A stretch of 64,000 nt of DNA from an uncultured Actinomycetes bacterium (GCA_963742735.1 CAVUMN010000003.1:480001-544000); one strand, 5' to 3'. Positions 9,151 to 22,884 are shown, counted from the first letter of the stretch. The notes: generated from the letters alone by a model not told the origin. A program made the numbers and translations.

Positions 9151-10305
9151 ATGTCACCAATGAAGGCGACATGTCTCACCGTGGCCCTGCTGTTGGGTCT
9201 GCTCGTCGCGGCGCCCATTGCGAACGCGGCGCCCGCCGCCGACTCCGGCTCGGCTCGCTACATCGTCGTGCTGAAGGGTGCGCCGGGAAGCGCCGCGCGT
9301 GCCTCCTCGGACCATCAGGAACGGTACGGCGTTCAGGCGACGCGCGTCTACAAGCACGCGCTCAACGCCTACGTCGCCAACCTGAGCTCCGAGCAGGTCG
9401 CCGAGCTCCAGCGCGACTCCGGGGTCGCCTACCTCGAGGCCGACGGCGTCGTCACGGCCTCCACGGTTCAGACCTCACCGCCGTGGGGTCTCGACCGCAT
9501 CGACCAGCGCGCCCGCCCGACCAACGGGACGTTCACCTACACGAACACCGGCGCCGGCGTGAAGGCGTACGTGATCGACACCGGCATCCGCACGTCGCAC
9601 GGCCAGTTCGGGGGCCGGGCCACCGACGGCTTCGACGCGATCGACGGCGCACTGCCGGCCACGGACTGTAACGGGCACGGCACGCACGTGGCCGGGACGG
9701 TCGGCGGATCCACGTACGGGGTCGCCAAGGGCGTGTCCCTGGTCGCGGTTCGCGTCCTGAACTGCAGCGGCTCGGGCTCGACCTCGCAGGTGATCGCCGG
9801 CATCGACTGGGTGACCGGGAACCACGCGCCCGGGCAGCCGGCCGTGGCCAACATGAGCCTGGGCGGAGGCGCGAGCACCGCGCTCGACAACGCCGTCAAG
9901 AACTCGATCGCCGACGGCGTGTCCTACGCCATCGCCGCGGGGAACAACAACACCAACGCGTGCACCACCTCGCCCGCGCGGGTGCCGGAGGCCATGACGA
10001 TCAGCGCGACCGACGCCGCCGACAAGCGGGCGTCCTTCGCCAACAAGGGGAGCTGCGTGGACTGGTTCGCGCCCGGCGTCGGCATCCTGTCGGCCTGGTC
10101 CACCAGCGACAGCGCCACCAACACGATCAGCGGGACGTCGATGGCCACGCCGCACACCGCGGGGGTAGCCGCCCTGTACCTGCAGTCGAACCCGTCGTCG
10201 TCCCCGTCCGCGCTGCGGACGGCGCTGTACAACCTGACGACCAAGGGCATCGTCAAGTTGGCCCAGTCGACGGCGAACAAGCACCTGCTCTACACGAACC
10301 TGTAG
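9151..10305 (+). CDS. Secreted S8 subtilisin-like serine protease, copy 2
   Basis: Same triad motifs; highly similar to copy 1 over the full length. Confidence 0.95.
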   Translation: MSPMKATCLTVALLLGLLVAAPIANAAPAADSGSARYIVVLKGAPGSAARASSDHQERYGVQATRVYKHALNAYVANLSSEQVAELQRDSGVAYLEADGVVTASTVQTSPPWGLDRIDQRARPTNGTFTYTNTGAGVKAYVIDTGIRTSHGQFGGRATDGFDAIDGALPATDCNGHGTHVAGTVGGSTYGVAKGVSLVAVRVLNCSGSGSTSQVIAGIDWVTGNHAPGQPAVANMSLGGGASTALDNAVKNSIADGVSYAIAAGNNNTNACTTSPARVPEAMTISATDAADKRASFANKGSCVDWFAPGVGILSAWSTSDSATNTISGTSMATPHTAGVAALYLQSNPSSSPSALRTALYNLTTKGIVKLAQSTANKHLLYTNL

Positions 10306-10322
10306 GGCGACCACCGGCGGGA

Positions 10323-10350
10323 CGGGCGGGATCCGCGAGGGTCCCGCCCG
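10323..10350. terminator. Hairpin between convergent genes
   Basis: CGGGCGGGATCC-gcga-GGGTCCCGCCCG with GNRA loop. Confidence 0.7.
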
Positions 10351-10357
10351 CTCGCGT

Positions 10358-11047
10358 TCAGGGGTATCGCGCCACCGAGCGTGCGGCCAGGACCTGGCGT
10401 CCGATCTCGGCCATCAGTTGATCGGTGAGGGCCTGGACGTGCTCGGCCGAGGCCGGGTCTCCCTTCGGCTGGATCGGCGCGCCGACGCAGATCCCGACCA
10501 CCGGGCGAAGCGGGGGCTTGAAGAGCAAGCCGGTCTTCGGCCAGCGCGCGTTCGTGCCCCAGATTCCCACGGGGATGATCGGGCCCTCCGAGGCCAGCGC
10601 CAGCCTCGCCGCCCCCCGTCTGCCGGGCATCAGCGGGCCCGGCCCCACGCCGCCCTCCGGGTAGACGCCCGCCAGGGCGCCCGATCGGACCACCGCCGTG
10701 GCTCCCTCGAGCGCCTGCACGCTCGAGGCGCCCCGGACCACGGGGATCTGACGGATCCTTCGAAGGCCCCACCCCACGACGGGAACGTCGAAGTTCCCCG
10801 CCGCCGCCAGGAACCGGACGGTGCGGCCCCGCCTCGCCGCCATCAACCCGAGGATGACGGGATCGAACACGCTGACGTGGTTCGAGACGATGACCCCGCC
10901 ACCGTCGGCCGGGATCTGTGCCAGCCCGTGCGGCCGCACGCGGAACAGCGCGTACATGACGGGAGCGATCACGGCACGGCCGATCGACCACCACAGGTCC
11001 TGGTCGGCGCGTCCGGTCGGGATCGGACGGTCGGGCTGGTAGCTCGT
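10358..11047 (-). CDS. Lysophospholipid/1-acyl-glycerol-3-phosphate acyltransferase
   Basis: NHVSVFD (HxxxxD), YPEG, IIPVGIWG; start uncertain (GTG 10972, or ACG 11047 after AGGAGG). Confidence 0.85.
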   Translation of the reverse strand, partial: TSYQPDRPIPTGRADQDLWWSIGRAVIAPVMYALFRVRPHGLAQIPADGGGVIVSNHVSVFDPVILGLMAARRGRTVRFLAAAGNFDVPVVGWGLRRIRQIPVVRGASSVQALEGATAVVRSGALAGVYPEGGVGPGPLMPGRRGAARLALASEGPIIPVGIWGTNARWPKTGLLFKPPLRPVVGICVGAPIQPKGDPASAEHVQALTDQLMAEIGRQVLAARSVARYP

Positions 11048-11100
11048 TTTGGTGCCCTCCTGTGGTTGGATCCTGCGGGATGAGGGACGATAGTGGCCTC

Positions 11101-11763
11101 ATGGCTGGCCACACCGCCGCCGAGGCACCGCCCAAACCCCGTTTCCGAGGCCGATTGCACCAGGTCGCGTTCATCGTCTCGATCCCGGCGGGGTTGACCC
11201 TAGTCGCCCTTGCCGAGCGGCCGGTCGCCAGGGTGGCGGCCGCCATCTACGCGCTGAGCCTGATCGCGCTCTACGGGACCAGCGCCGCGTACCACCTGGG
11301 CCGGTGGTCGACCCGAACGTTCGACCGGATGCGCAAGCTCGATCACTCGATGATCTACGTGCTGATCGCGGGCACCTACACCCCGATCGCCCTGCTCGGC
11401 CTGAAGCGGCCCTGGTCGATCGTGATCCTCACGCTCGCCTGGGCCGGCGCCGCGTTCGGCGTCGTGCTCAAGCTCGCGAAGTTCGATCGCGTGAAGGTCC
11501 TGGGGGCGGTCCTCTACATCGTGCTGGGGTGGCTGGCCGTGCTCATGACGCCCCTCCTGATCCGCCAGCTCACCCTTGCCCAGCTGCTGCTGATCCTGGC
11601 GGGGGGACTCCTCTACACGGGCGGCTCGATCATCCTGCTCCTCAACCGTCCCAACCCCAGGCCGGCCACCTTCGGGTACCACGAGATCTGGCACGCAATG
11701 GGGATCGCGGCGGGCGCGTGTCACTACACGGCGGTCCTCCTGCTGGTCCTCATCGCCGTGTAG
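11101..11763 (+). CDS. Hemolysin III / PAQR family membrane protein
   Basis: KPRFRGRLH, SAAYH, DHSMIYVLIAGTYTP, FGYHEIWH. Confidence 0.92.
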   Translation: MAGHTAAEAPPKPRFRGRLHQVAFIVSIPAGLTLVALAERPVARVAAAIYALSLIALYGTSAAYHLGRWSTRTFDRMRKLDHSMIYVLIAGTYTPIALLGLKRPWSIVILTLAWAGAAFGVVLKLAKFDRVKVLGAVLYIVLGWLAVLMTPLLIRQLTLAQLLLILAGGLLYTGGSIILLLNRPNPRPATFGYHEIWHAMGIAAGACHYTAVLLLVLIAV

Positions 11764-11772
11764 GACGCCACG

Positions 11773-13038
11773 ATGGCGATCGTGTCCGCGACCGACGCCC
11801 TCGTCCAGTTCCTGCGAGACCACGGCGTCCCGGAGGACCAGATCCAGGCGGCGAAGGCCGAGGGCCCGAGAGCGCTGGAGCTCCTTGCTTCGGAGCGCAT
11901 GCTCATCGGCGAGGAGGCGAAGTACACCGCGCCGGAGTGCGCCGCCATCGCCGGCGTCCCCGAGGACCTCGCCGACCGCTTCTGGCGCGCCCTCGGCTTC
12001 CCGGACGTCCCGAAGGACCAGCCGATCTTCACCGACGCCGACGCCCGGATGCTCGCCGCCGCGGGCCAGCTGATCGAGCGCGGGATCTCCGAACCGGAGG
12101 TTGCCCTCCAGGTGACAAGGGTCATGGGGCTGTCGCTGGCCCGTGTTGCCGAGGCGCAGGTCGAGTCGTTCCGTCAGTCGATCGAGGCCGCCATGCGCGA
12201 GGCCGGCGCCGACGACGACGAGATCGCGCTCACCGTCCTCCAGCTGGCCACGGCCCTGATCCCGACGCTGGAGGCGTTCCTGCTGTACACGTGGCGGCGC
12301 CACCTGGCCGCGGCGGCCCGCCGCCACATGGTGGCGCACTTCGGGGATGAGGACCCCGGCGTCTCACTGGTCGTCGGGTTCGTGGACATGGTGGGGTTCA
12401 CCTCGCTCAGCCAGCAGCTCGACGACCGCCAGCTGGGACAGATCGTCGAGCGGTTCGAGGGCCTCGCGTACGACACCGTCGCCGCCTACGGCGGACGCGT
12501 GGTGAAGTGGATCGGCGACGAGGTGATGTTCGTGGCCGAGGACGTGCTGTCCGCGGCCGAGATCGCGCTCCGGATGGCCGAGGCCCACTCGGCGGCGGAT
12601 GACCTGCCCGACGTGGCGGTCGGCCTGGCCGCCGGGAAGGTCCTGCCCCGGGAGGGGGACTACCTGGGCCCCACCGTGAACCTGGCCGCCAGGATCGTCT
12701 CGGTCGCCCGGCGGGGGACCGTCGTGATCTCGGAGCCGACGCGCGATCTTCTGAACGAGGCCGAGACCGTGGAGTACGTGTGGCGCCCGTTGCGGCCGCG
12801 GGTCCTCAAGGGGATCGGCCGGGCGCAGCTGTGGAAGCTCGCCCGCGCCCAGAGCCTCGAGGCCGACGACGCGGGGCGGGCCCCGATCGCGACCACACGC
12901 GCCCGCGTGGAGAACGCCCTGGTGCGGGCCTCCGACGTCGTCGACCAGGTCGGGGAGCCGCTCGAGCGCATCGAGGAGGCCGTGAAACGGGTCAAGGAGC
13001 GCCGGTCGGACCGCACGAGGCGTCGAGGAAGATCCTGA
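11773..13038 (+). CDS. Class III adenylate/guanylate cyclase with N-terminal regulatory domain
   Basis: RFWRALGF regulatory region; GFVDMVGFT, VKWIGDEVM, DYLGPTVNLAAR, LKGIG. Confidence 0.9.
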   Translation: MAIVSATDALVQFLRDHGVPEDQIQAAKAEGPRALELLASERMLIGEEAKYTAPECAAIAGVPEDLADRFWRALGFPDVPKDQPIFTDADARMLAAAGQLIERGISEPEVALQVTRVMGLSLARVAEAQVESFRQSIEAAMREAGADDDEIALTVLQLATALIPTLEAFLLYTWRRHLAAAARRHMVAHFGDEDPGVSLVVGFVDMVGFTSLSQQLDDRQLGQIVERFEGLAYDTVAAYGGRVVKWIGDEVMFVAEDVLSAAEIALRMAEAHSAADDLPDVAVGLAAGKVLPREGDYLGPTVNLAARIVSVARRGTVVISEPTRDLLNEAETVEYVWRPLRPRVLKGIGRAQLWKLARAQSLEADDAGRAPIATTRARVENALVRASDVVDQVGEPLERIEEAVKRVKERRSDRTRRRGRS

Positions 13039-13399
13039 GGGCAACCAGGTTGGTGCCGTCCAGCAAGGCCTCGGCACAGACCCGGGGACCCACCTCGAGG
13101 CCGTCCGTCTCCTCGGAGCTCAGGTCACGCCAGGCGCCTCCGTCGGCGACCAGGAACCGCGTGGCGCCCTCCGCGAGCCGCTGCAGCCGCACGATCGCAT
13201 CGGACTCGCCCAGGATGGTGAGGTGCCCCTCGGCGATCTCCTGAAGGGATCCACCGACCCAGACGATCGGAGGTCCGCCCGGGACGGGCGAGCGATCCTC
13301 GACCGAGGGGACCCCCGGATCGGCCGGAGGAGCCTCCTCGAACAGGTCGCAACCGCCGAGGGTCGAGAGCAACAGCACGATCGCGAGCGCGCGCCGCAT
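12992..13399 (-). CDS. Hypothetical lipoprotein
   Basis: MRRALAIVLLLSTLGGC lipobox. Confidence 0.65.
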   Translation of the reverse strand: MRRALAIVLLLSTLGGCDLFEEAPPADPGVPSVEDRSPVPGGPPIVWVGGSLQEIAEGHLTILGESDAIVRLQRLAEGATRFLVADGGAWRDLSSEETDGLEVGPRVCAEALLDGTNLVALRIFLDASCGPTGAP

Positions 13400-13400
13400 G

Positions 13401-13494
13401 GTGCGATTCAACCATCCGGGAGGGCCCGGAAAGTTGAACGCGCACACGCGCCACCATAGGATTCGCCGGGCCGGGCCGATGGCCCGGCTTTGTT
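13401..13494 (+). promoter_or_regulatory. Imperfect palindrome, sigma-A-like promoter and leader hairpin with U-tract
   Basis: Palindrome 13401-13445; TTGAAC(13434)-17 nt-TAGGAT(13457); GCCGGGCC-gat-GGCCCGGC followed by TTTGTT. Confidence 0.5.
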
Positions 13495-13530
13495 GCTCGC
13501 GCCCCCGGAGGCGCTCGGGAGGGAGGTAAC

Positions 13531-14970
13531 GTGCCCAGGCCCTGGGACGGGCTCTCCGCACGGGACCAGGTGCGGTTGCAGGAAGCCATGCTCCGTGACT
13601 TCCTCCCGCGGTATCTGTACCCCTTCAGCCCCTTCTACCGAAGGGTCTTCGACAACGCCGGGGTGAAGCCGGCCGACGTCCGCAAGCTGCGCGACCTGCA
13701 GAAGCTGCCCCTGACCTCGCGGGAGCAGTTCCGGGCCGAGGGCGATCCGGCCCGGCCGTTCCAGGCCCTGCTCCGGCCGGACGAGCACAGCCTGAAGCGC
13801 TGGTTCCATCGCTCGCTGATGCGCCGGGTCATGCGAGAGAAGCTCCTGCGCGGCGACGACGCGGCGGAGCGGGTCCTCGCCGAGGAGTTCAAGCCGATCC
13901 ATCTCCACCTCCCGCTCGCCGGGGGGCCCGTCGTCGGCTACACGATGCGCGACCTGATGTCCACGGCCCAGGCCGGGGCGCGGATGTTCTCGGTGATGGG
14001 CGCGACCCGTCAGGACGTCCTGCTCTCGTCGCTTCCGTTCGGCGCCGAGCTGGCCCACTGGTTCACGTACTACGGGACCCAGGCCTCCGGGATGGCGGGC
14101 GCCCACCTTGGGGGTGGGCAGGCCGTGCGCCCATCACAGGTGGCGCTGTGGATGTCGCGTCTGCAGGCGTCGGTGTTCGTAACCCAGCCCGGTTACGCCG
14201 AGGGGCTCCTGCGGGCCGCACCCCCGGCGACCTTCCAGACCCTCAAGCTGCTGGCCCTGTGGGGCGGCGAGGGGATGCAGGGCGCCCGCTCGCGGTTCAC
14301 CACCCTGCTGCACACCGCCGGAGTGGGGGGGGCCCGGGTCACCGCCGTGCTCTCGTTTCCCGAGGCCCGGCTGGCGTGGGCGGAGTGCCCCTCGCCGCAG
14401 GGGCAGCCCGAGCTTTCGTTCGGGTTCCACACGTACCCCGATCTGGAGATCGTCGAGATCGTCGATCCCGACACCGGGGCCCAGATGGGCGAGGCCGAGC
14501 CCGGGGAGATCGTCTACACGTCGCTGGACTGGCGCGGATCCGCGCTCCTGCGGTTCCGCACGGGCCTGATCGCCCGCCAGGGCATGGTCCGGTCGCGCTG
14601 CCCCGGATGCGGCCGATCGGTCCCTCGGATCGGCGCCGACATCTCCCGGCTGGAGTGGACGGACGCCGCCACCCGCGATCTGAGCGGCGACGCCCAGTTC
14701 GACCTGGCCGACCTGTTCCCCGTGCTGTGGGGTGAGACCGACATCCCGCTGTGGCAGGTCGATCTGGTCCAGGGGGCGGGCCCGCACGGCGAGGACGTCG
14801 TGAATGCGCTCCTCGCCGGCGGCAACGCGACCGCGCAGGCGAACGTGACCAGGGACCTCAAGCCCTTCCGCGTCCGCGTCCGCCCCGTGCCATTCCAGGA
14901 CCTCCGCCGCCGCGTCGGCGTCGGTCTCGAGCGCTCCGAGCAGCGCGTCCTCATCCGCTCGGCCGTCTGA
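13531..14970 (+). CDS. Phenylacetate-CoA ligase (PaaK)-like adenylate-forming family protein, degenerate
   Basis: SPFYRRVF..AGV.P.D....DLQKLPLT, VGYT.RD, EIVDPDTG...GEPGEIVYTSL, LLRFRTG, CPGCGR; TSGTTG loop missing. Confidence 0.7.
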   Translation: MPRPWDGLSARDQVRLQEAMLRDFLPRYLYPFSPFYRRVFDNAGVKPADVRKLRDLQKLPLTSREQFRAEGDPARPFQALLRPDEHSLKRWFHRSLMRRVMREKLLRGDDAAERVLAEEFKPIHLHLPLAGGPVVGYTMRDLMSTAQAGARMFSVMGATRQDVLLSSLPFGAELAHWFTYYGTQASGMAGAHLGGGQAVRPSQVALWMSRLQASVFVTQPGYAEGLLRAAPPATFQTLKLLALWGGEGMQGARSRFTTLLHTAGVGGARVTAVLSFPEARLAWAECPSPQGQPELSFGFHTYPDLEIVEIVDPDTGAQMGEAEPGEIVYTSLDWRGSALLRFRTGLIARQGMVRSRCPGCGRSVPRIGADISRLEWTDAATRDLSGDAQFDLADLFPVLWGETDIPLWQVDLVQGAGPHGEDVVNALLAGGNATAQANVTRDLKPFRVRVRPVPFQDLRRRVGVGLERSEQRVLIRSAV

Positions 14971-15032
14971 CCGCTGCCGATACGACCAACCCCCAACGAG
15001 ATACGGCCGGTGCGTGTGCTAGCTTCGGCTGC

Positions 15033-18855
<3,823 letters not shown>

Positions 18856-18862
18856 CCCGGGC

Positions 18863-20446
18863 TCAGGGCTCGAGGGTGGCTTCGTCCTCGGCCAGCGAGT
18901 GGGGACGGACGTCCGGAACCCAGTACTCCACGAGCGTGCCTCCGCCCACCGCCGACTCCACGCGGCACCATCCGCCGGCGGAGTGGGCCCGCGCGCGCAT
19001 CCCCGCCAGCCCGAGGTGGCCGGGCCCGGGGTCGTTCCCGTTCACGTTGAACCCGACGCCGTCGTCTCGGATCCGCACCCGGCATCCCTGGTCGAGGGCG
19101 TCGAGGTTGATGTGCACCTTGTGGGCGCGGGCATGCTTGAGCACGTTCGTGAGCGCTTCCTGGGCGATGCGGAAGACGATCTGGCGGGCCTCCGAGGGCG
19201 GCTCGGTCGGGACGCCGCCCTCGAAGGTGAACTCCAGTCCGGCCTGACCCCGGGCCCGCTCCAGGAGCTGGCGGAGGGCGGGCTCGATCCCGTACTCGTC
19301 CAGGGCGTGCGGGTGCACCTCGAAGATCAGCCCCCGGAGGCTCGCGATGCACCGGCTCACGTCGCGGATGAGCTGGTCGCACGCCTCGACCTGCGCGGGG
19401 TCCTCGATGTGGTTCCGGAGGGTCTCCAGACGCATGAGGGCGGCGGTGAGGCCCTGGATGGAGTCGTCGTGGATGTCCTGGGCGATCCGCTCGCGCTCCT
19501 CCTCCTGCGCCGTCACCAGCCGGGCCATGAGCGCCCGCCGGTCGGTGTAGGCGCTCTCCAGGAGGCGGACGCTGTCCTGCAGCTCCTGCTGGGTACGGAT
19601 CCGCTCGCTCACGTCGCGGAACGTGGCCACGACGGCCTCCACCCCGTGCTCGTCGAGGAGGTTCTTCCCCACTCCCTCGATCCAGCGCCACGTCCCGTCG
19701 CGGTGCCGGACCCGAAACAGGCCGCTCGAGGTGGCCCCGGGGGCCTTGAGCACGTCCGTCCACAGCCGCCTGGCCTGATCGGCGTCGTCCGGGTGGACGA
19801 GCTCCATCGCCACCCGGCCGGCGAGCTCGGCCTCGCGGTAGCCGAGGACGCGCTGGACGGAGGGGGTGGCGTACACCACCCGGCCGTGCGCCGACCACAA
19901 CATGATCGCGTCGGAGGAATTCTCGAACAGGACCTTGAACCGGCGCTCGCTCTCCTGGGCGGCGTTCTCGGCCTCGCGGCGCTTGGTGATGTCCCGGGCG
20001 ATCCCCTGGATCCCGACGGGCTTCCCGTCGCGGCGCAGGAGCCAGGTGCTGACCTCGAGGGGCACCGGGGTCCCGTCCTTGCGGATGATCTCGAGCTCGT
20101 ACGTGGTGACTTCTTCGCCGGCGAGCTTGCGCATGATCTGCTGCTTGGCCAGCTCCCGGTACTCCGGCGAGACCACGCTTCCGAAGTGCAGCCCGGCCAG
20201 CTCCTCCCGCGAGTAGCCGGTGATGGTCTGAGCCGCCCGGTTCATCGAGATGAAGTTCCCCTCCAGGTCGTGCGTGTAGATGATCTCGGGGGCGTTGTCG
20301 AACAGGGCGGGGGCCTGTGCTTCCGCCTGCCGCAGGACGGGGTCGACCTCGGGGATCACGACGATGCGCTCCGACGACGGAGCGGCCTGGGACGGGGAGG
20401 TCGCCTCGTCCGGGTCGGGCGTCTGGGGCGCTTCCTGGCGTTCCAT
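18863..20446 (-). CDS. Cytoplasmic sensor histidine kinase, 2 PAS + HisKA_3 + HATPase
   Basis: EEERERIAQDIHDD, QEALTNVLKHA, DDGVGF, GLAGMRAR; two PAS/PAC repeats. Confidence 0.92.
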   Translation of the reverse strand: MERQEAPQTPDPDEATSPSQAAPSSERIVVIPEVDPVLRQAEAQAPALFDNAPEIIYTHDLEGNFISMNRAAQTITGYSREELAGLHFGSVVSPEYRELAKQQIMRKLAGEEVTTYELEIIRKDGTPVPLEVSTWLLRRDGKPVGIQGIARDITKRREAENAAQESERRFKVLFENSSDAIMLWSAHGRVVYATPSVQRVLGYREAELAGRVAMELVHPDDADQARRLWTDVLKAPGATSSGLFRVRHRDGTWRWIEGVGKNLLDEHGVEAVVATFRDVSERIRTQQELQDSVRLLESAYTDRRALMARLVTAQEEERERIAQDIHDDSIQGLTAALMRLETLRNHIEDPAQVEACDQLIRDVSRCIASLRGLIFEVHPHALDEYGIEPALRQLLERARGQAGLEFTFEGGVPTEPPSEARQIVFRIAQEALTNVLKHARAHKVHINLDALDQGCRVRIRDDGVGFNVNGNDPGPGHLGLAGMRARAHSAGGWCRVESAVGGGTLVEYWVPDVRPHSLAEDEATLEP

Positions 20447-20559
20447 GGGCCTCCCCGTGGCAGGTGCGGCCGCCACAGTGCGGAGGCGGGCCGGATGCGG
20501 ACCGTGGTCAATGGTGAAGGGTTCCGCCCGGGGTGTCCAGACCTTCCGGAGCGTCCGGT

Positions 20560-22884
20560 TCAGTCCTCGTTCGGGCGCATCGGCACCCAGAACTCGACGG
20601 TGGCCCCGGATCCCGGCTTGGAATCGAGCCGCCACCAGCCGCCAACGGTCTCCGCGCGCGCGCGCATCGCGGCCAGGCCGAGGTGTCCGGCCGAGGGCTG
20701 GGCGGCCTCCTCGGGGAAGAAGCCGACGCCGTCGTCGACGATCGTGCCCCGGATCCCGTCGTTCTCCTCGGCGAGGGTGACGGAGACCTTGCGCGCTCGC
20801 GCGTGCCGCAGGACGTTCGTGAGGGCCTCCTGGACGATCCGGTACACGACCAGGCGCACCTCCGCAGGGGGTTCGCCGGTGAGCTTCTCGTTCAGCTCGT
20901 ACTCGAGGCCCACCTCACGGGCTGCCTTCGCCAGGAGCTGGGAGAGCGAGGACACGAGCCCGTACTGCTCCAGAGCGTGCGGGTGGACCTCGAAGATCAG
21001 CTCGCGGAGGCTGGCGATGCAGCGGCGGACGGAGTCCTGGAGCTGCCGGCAGGCGTCGGCCTGGGCGGGGTCCGTCAGATGGCGCTGCAGGACCTCCAGC
21101 CGCATGCTCACGGCGGTCATCACCTGGATCGACTCGTCGTGGATGTCCATGGCGATGCGCTCCCGCTCCTCCTCCTGGGCGTTGACCAGGCGGGCCATCA
21201 GGTCGCGGCGCTCGGAGTCGACCTTCTGGAGCAGCTCCAGGCTGGACTTCAGATCGCGCTCGGCGTTGACACGTTCGGTGACGTCGCGGAAGGTGGTGAC
21301 GATGGCCCCGACGCCCGGGTCGTCCATAAGGTTCTTGCCGACGCCCTCGATCCAGCGCCAGTCCCCGTCACGGCGCATGACCCGGAACGTGCCACGGACG
21401 TTCTTGCCCGGGTTGGCCAGGGAGAACTCCACCGCAGCCCGGATCGCGTCGCGGTCGTCGCGGTGGATCGAATCGAACGCGCTGTGTCCCACCAGCTCGT
21501 CCTCGTGATAGCCGAGGATGCGGGTGGTGGAGGGGGTGACGTACGTGATGATCGAGTCGGCGTCCCAGAGCATGACCGCCTCGGAGGAGTTCTCGATGAG
21601 GGCGCGGAACCGCCGCTCGCTCTCCTGCAGCGTGTGGGCCTGCTCCTGGAGGGCCTCCTCGGCGACGCGGCGGTCCGTGATGTTCTGACCGGCGCCCACG
21701 ATGTGCGTCGGCCGGCCCCGGTCGTCACGTACCAGCGTGGTGTAGAAGCGAACCCAGAACGTCTCGCCCGACTTCGCGACCAGCCGAAGCTCGCGGACCG
21801 AGCGCTCGGTCTCCCCGAGCGAGGCGATGGCCTCCGCGACCACGTCGTAGTCCTCGGCGTACACGATCGAGAACACCCCGCGCTCGTTCAGCTCCTCCGC
21901 GGTGTAGCCGAGGTCGCGGGTGAAGCTGCCGGTGATCCAGTCCAGGACCAGCTGCCCGTCGCGGGTCACGTTCAGCACGTACGCGTAGTCGGAGATGAGG
22001 TCCGAGATCACGCGGTACCGGCGCTCGCTCTCCCGCAGGGCCTCCTCGGCCTGGCGTCGCCGGGAGATGTCGCGGACGATGCCCTGGATCGCGACGGGTT
22101 TGTCGTCCCGGCGCAGGAGCCACGAGTTGACCTCCACCGGCACCCGGCGCCCCTGCTCGCCGATCACCTCGATCTCGTAGGTGGGAACCGACTCGCCCTT
22201 GATCAGGCGGTCCAGGACGTCCTGCACCAACTCGTGATATTCGGGAGCGACCAGGGAGAGCGCGTTGAGCGCCTCGCCGTCCTTGGTGTCGTAGAACCCG
22301 GTGCGCCGGGCCGCCTCGTTCAGCTCGGTGTACTCCCCGCCGATGCTGTGGGTGTAGACGACGTCGCTGGCGTTCTCGATCAGCTCGCGATAGCGGAGCT
22401 CGCTCTCACGGAACGCGCGCTCGGCGGCGAGGCGTTCGGTCACATCGTTCACCAGCACCAGGCGGCACCGACGGCCCCCAAGCTCGATCTCGCTCGACCG
22501 GACCTCCACCTCGATGAGGGAGCCGTCCTTCTTGCGATGGCGCCACGTCGAGGGCACGTCGAGGTCGGTGCCCTCGCGGAGGCGCCGCTCGAGCGCGGGC
22601 ACGTCCTCGGACGGACGGATGTCCTTGATCGTCATCGCCAGAAACTCGTCGCGCGTGTACCCGTAGACGTCGAGTGCCGCCTCGTTCACCGCGAGGAACT
22701 CGAGCGTGGCCAGGTCGTAGACCCACATGGGGTTGGGGTTGCTGTCGAACAGCAGCCGGTAGGGATCGCCGGACTCGGTGAGGCCCCGGCCGGTGGCGAT
22801 GAGCGGTTCCTGCCCAGGCCAGTCCGCGCCTGTATCCAAGGCAGGCGGAGTCGATGCCGGGGGCACCGGATCGATGATGCTCAT
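20560..22884 (-). CDS. Cytoplasmic sensor histidine kinase, 4 PAS + HisKA_3 + HATPase
   Basis: EEERERIAMDIHDE, QEALTNVLRHA, DDGVGF; four PAS/PAC repeats. Confidence 0.92.
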   Translation of the reverse strand: MSIIDPVPPASTPPALDTGADWPGQEPLIATGRGLTESGDPYRLLFDSNPNPMWVYDLATLEFLAVNEAALDVYGYTRDEFLAMTIKDIRPSEDVPALERRLREGTDLDVPSTWRHRKKDGSLIEVEVRSSEIELGGRRCRLVLVNDVTERLAAERAFRESELRYRELIENASDVVYTHSIGGEYTELNEAARRTGFYDTKDGEALNALSLVAPEYHELVQDVLDRLIKGESVPTYEIEVIGEQGRRVPVEVNSWLLRRDDKPVAIQGIVRDISRRRQAEEALRESERRYRVISDLISDYAYVLNVTRDGQLVLDWITGSFTRDLGYTAEELNERGVFSIVYAEDYDVVAEAIASLGETERSVRELRLVAKSGETFWVRFYTTLVRDDRGRPTHIVGAGQNITDRRVAEEALQEQAHTLQESERRFRALIENSSEAVMLWDADSIITYVTPSTTRILGYHEDELVGHSAFDSIHRDDRDAIRAAVEFSLANPGKNVRGTFRVMRRDGDWRWIEGVGKNLMDDPGVGAIVTTFRDVTERVNAERDLKSSLELLQKVDSERRDLMARLVNAQEEERERIAMDIHDESIQVMTAVSMRLEVLQRHLTDPAQADACRQLQDSVRRCIASLRELIFEVHPHALEQYGLVSSLSQLLAKAAREVGLEYELNEKLTGEPPAEVRLVVYRIVQEALTNVLRHARARKVSVTLAEENDGIRGTIVDDGVGFFPEEAAQPSAGHLGLAAMRARAETVGGWWRLDSKPGSGATVEFWVPMRPNED

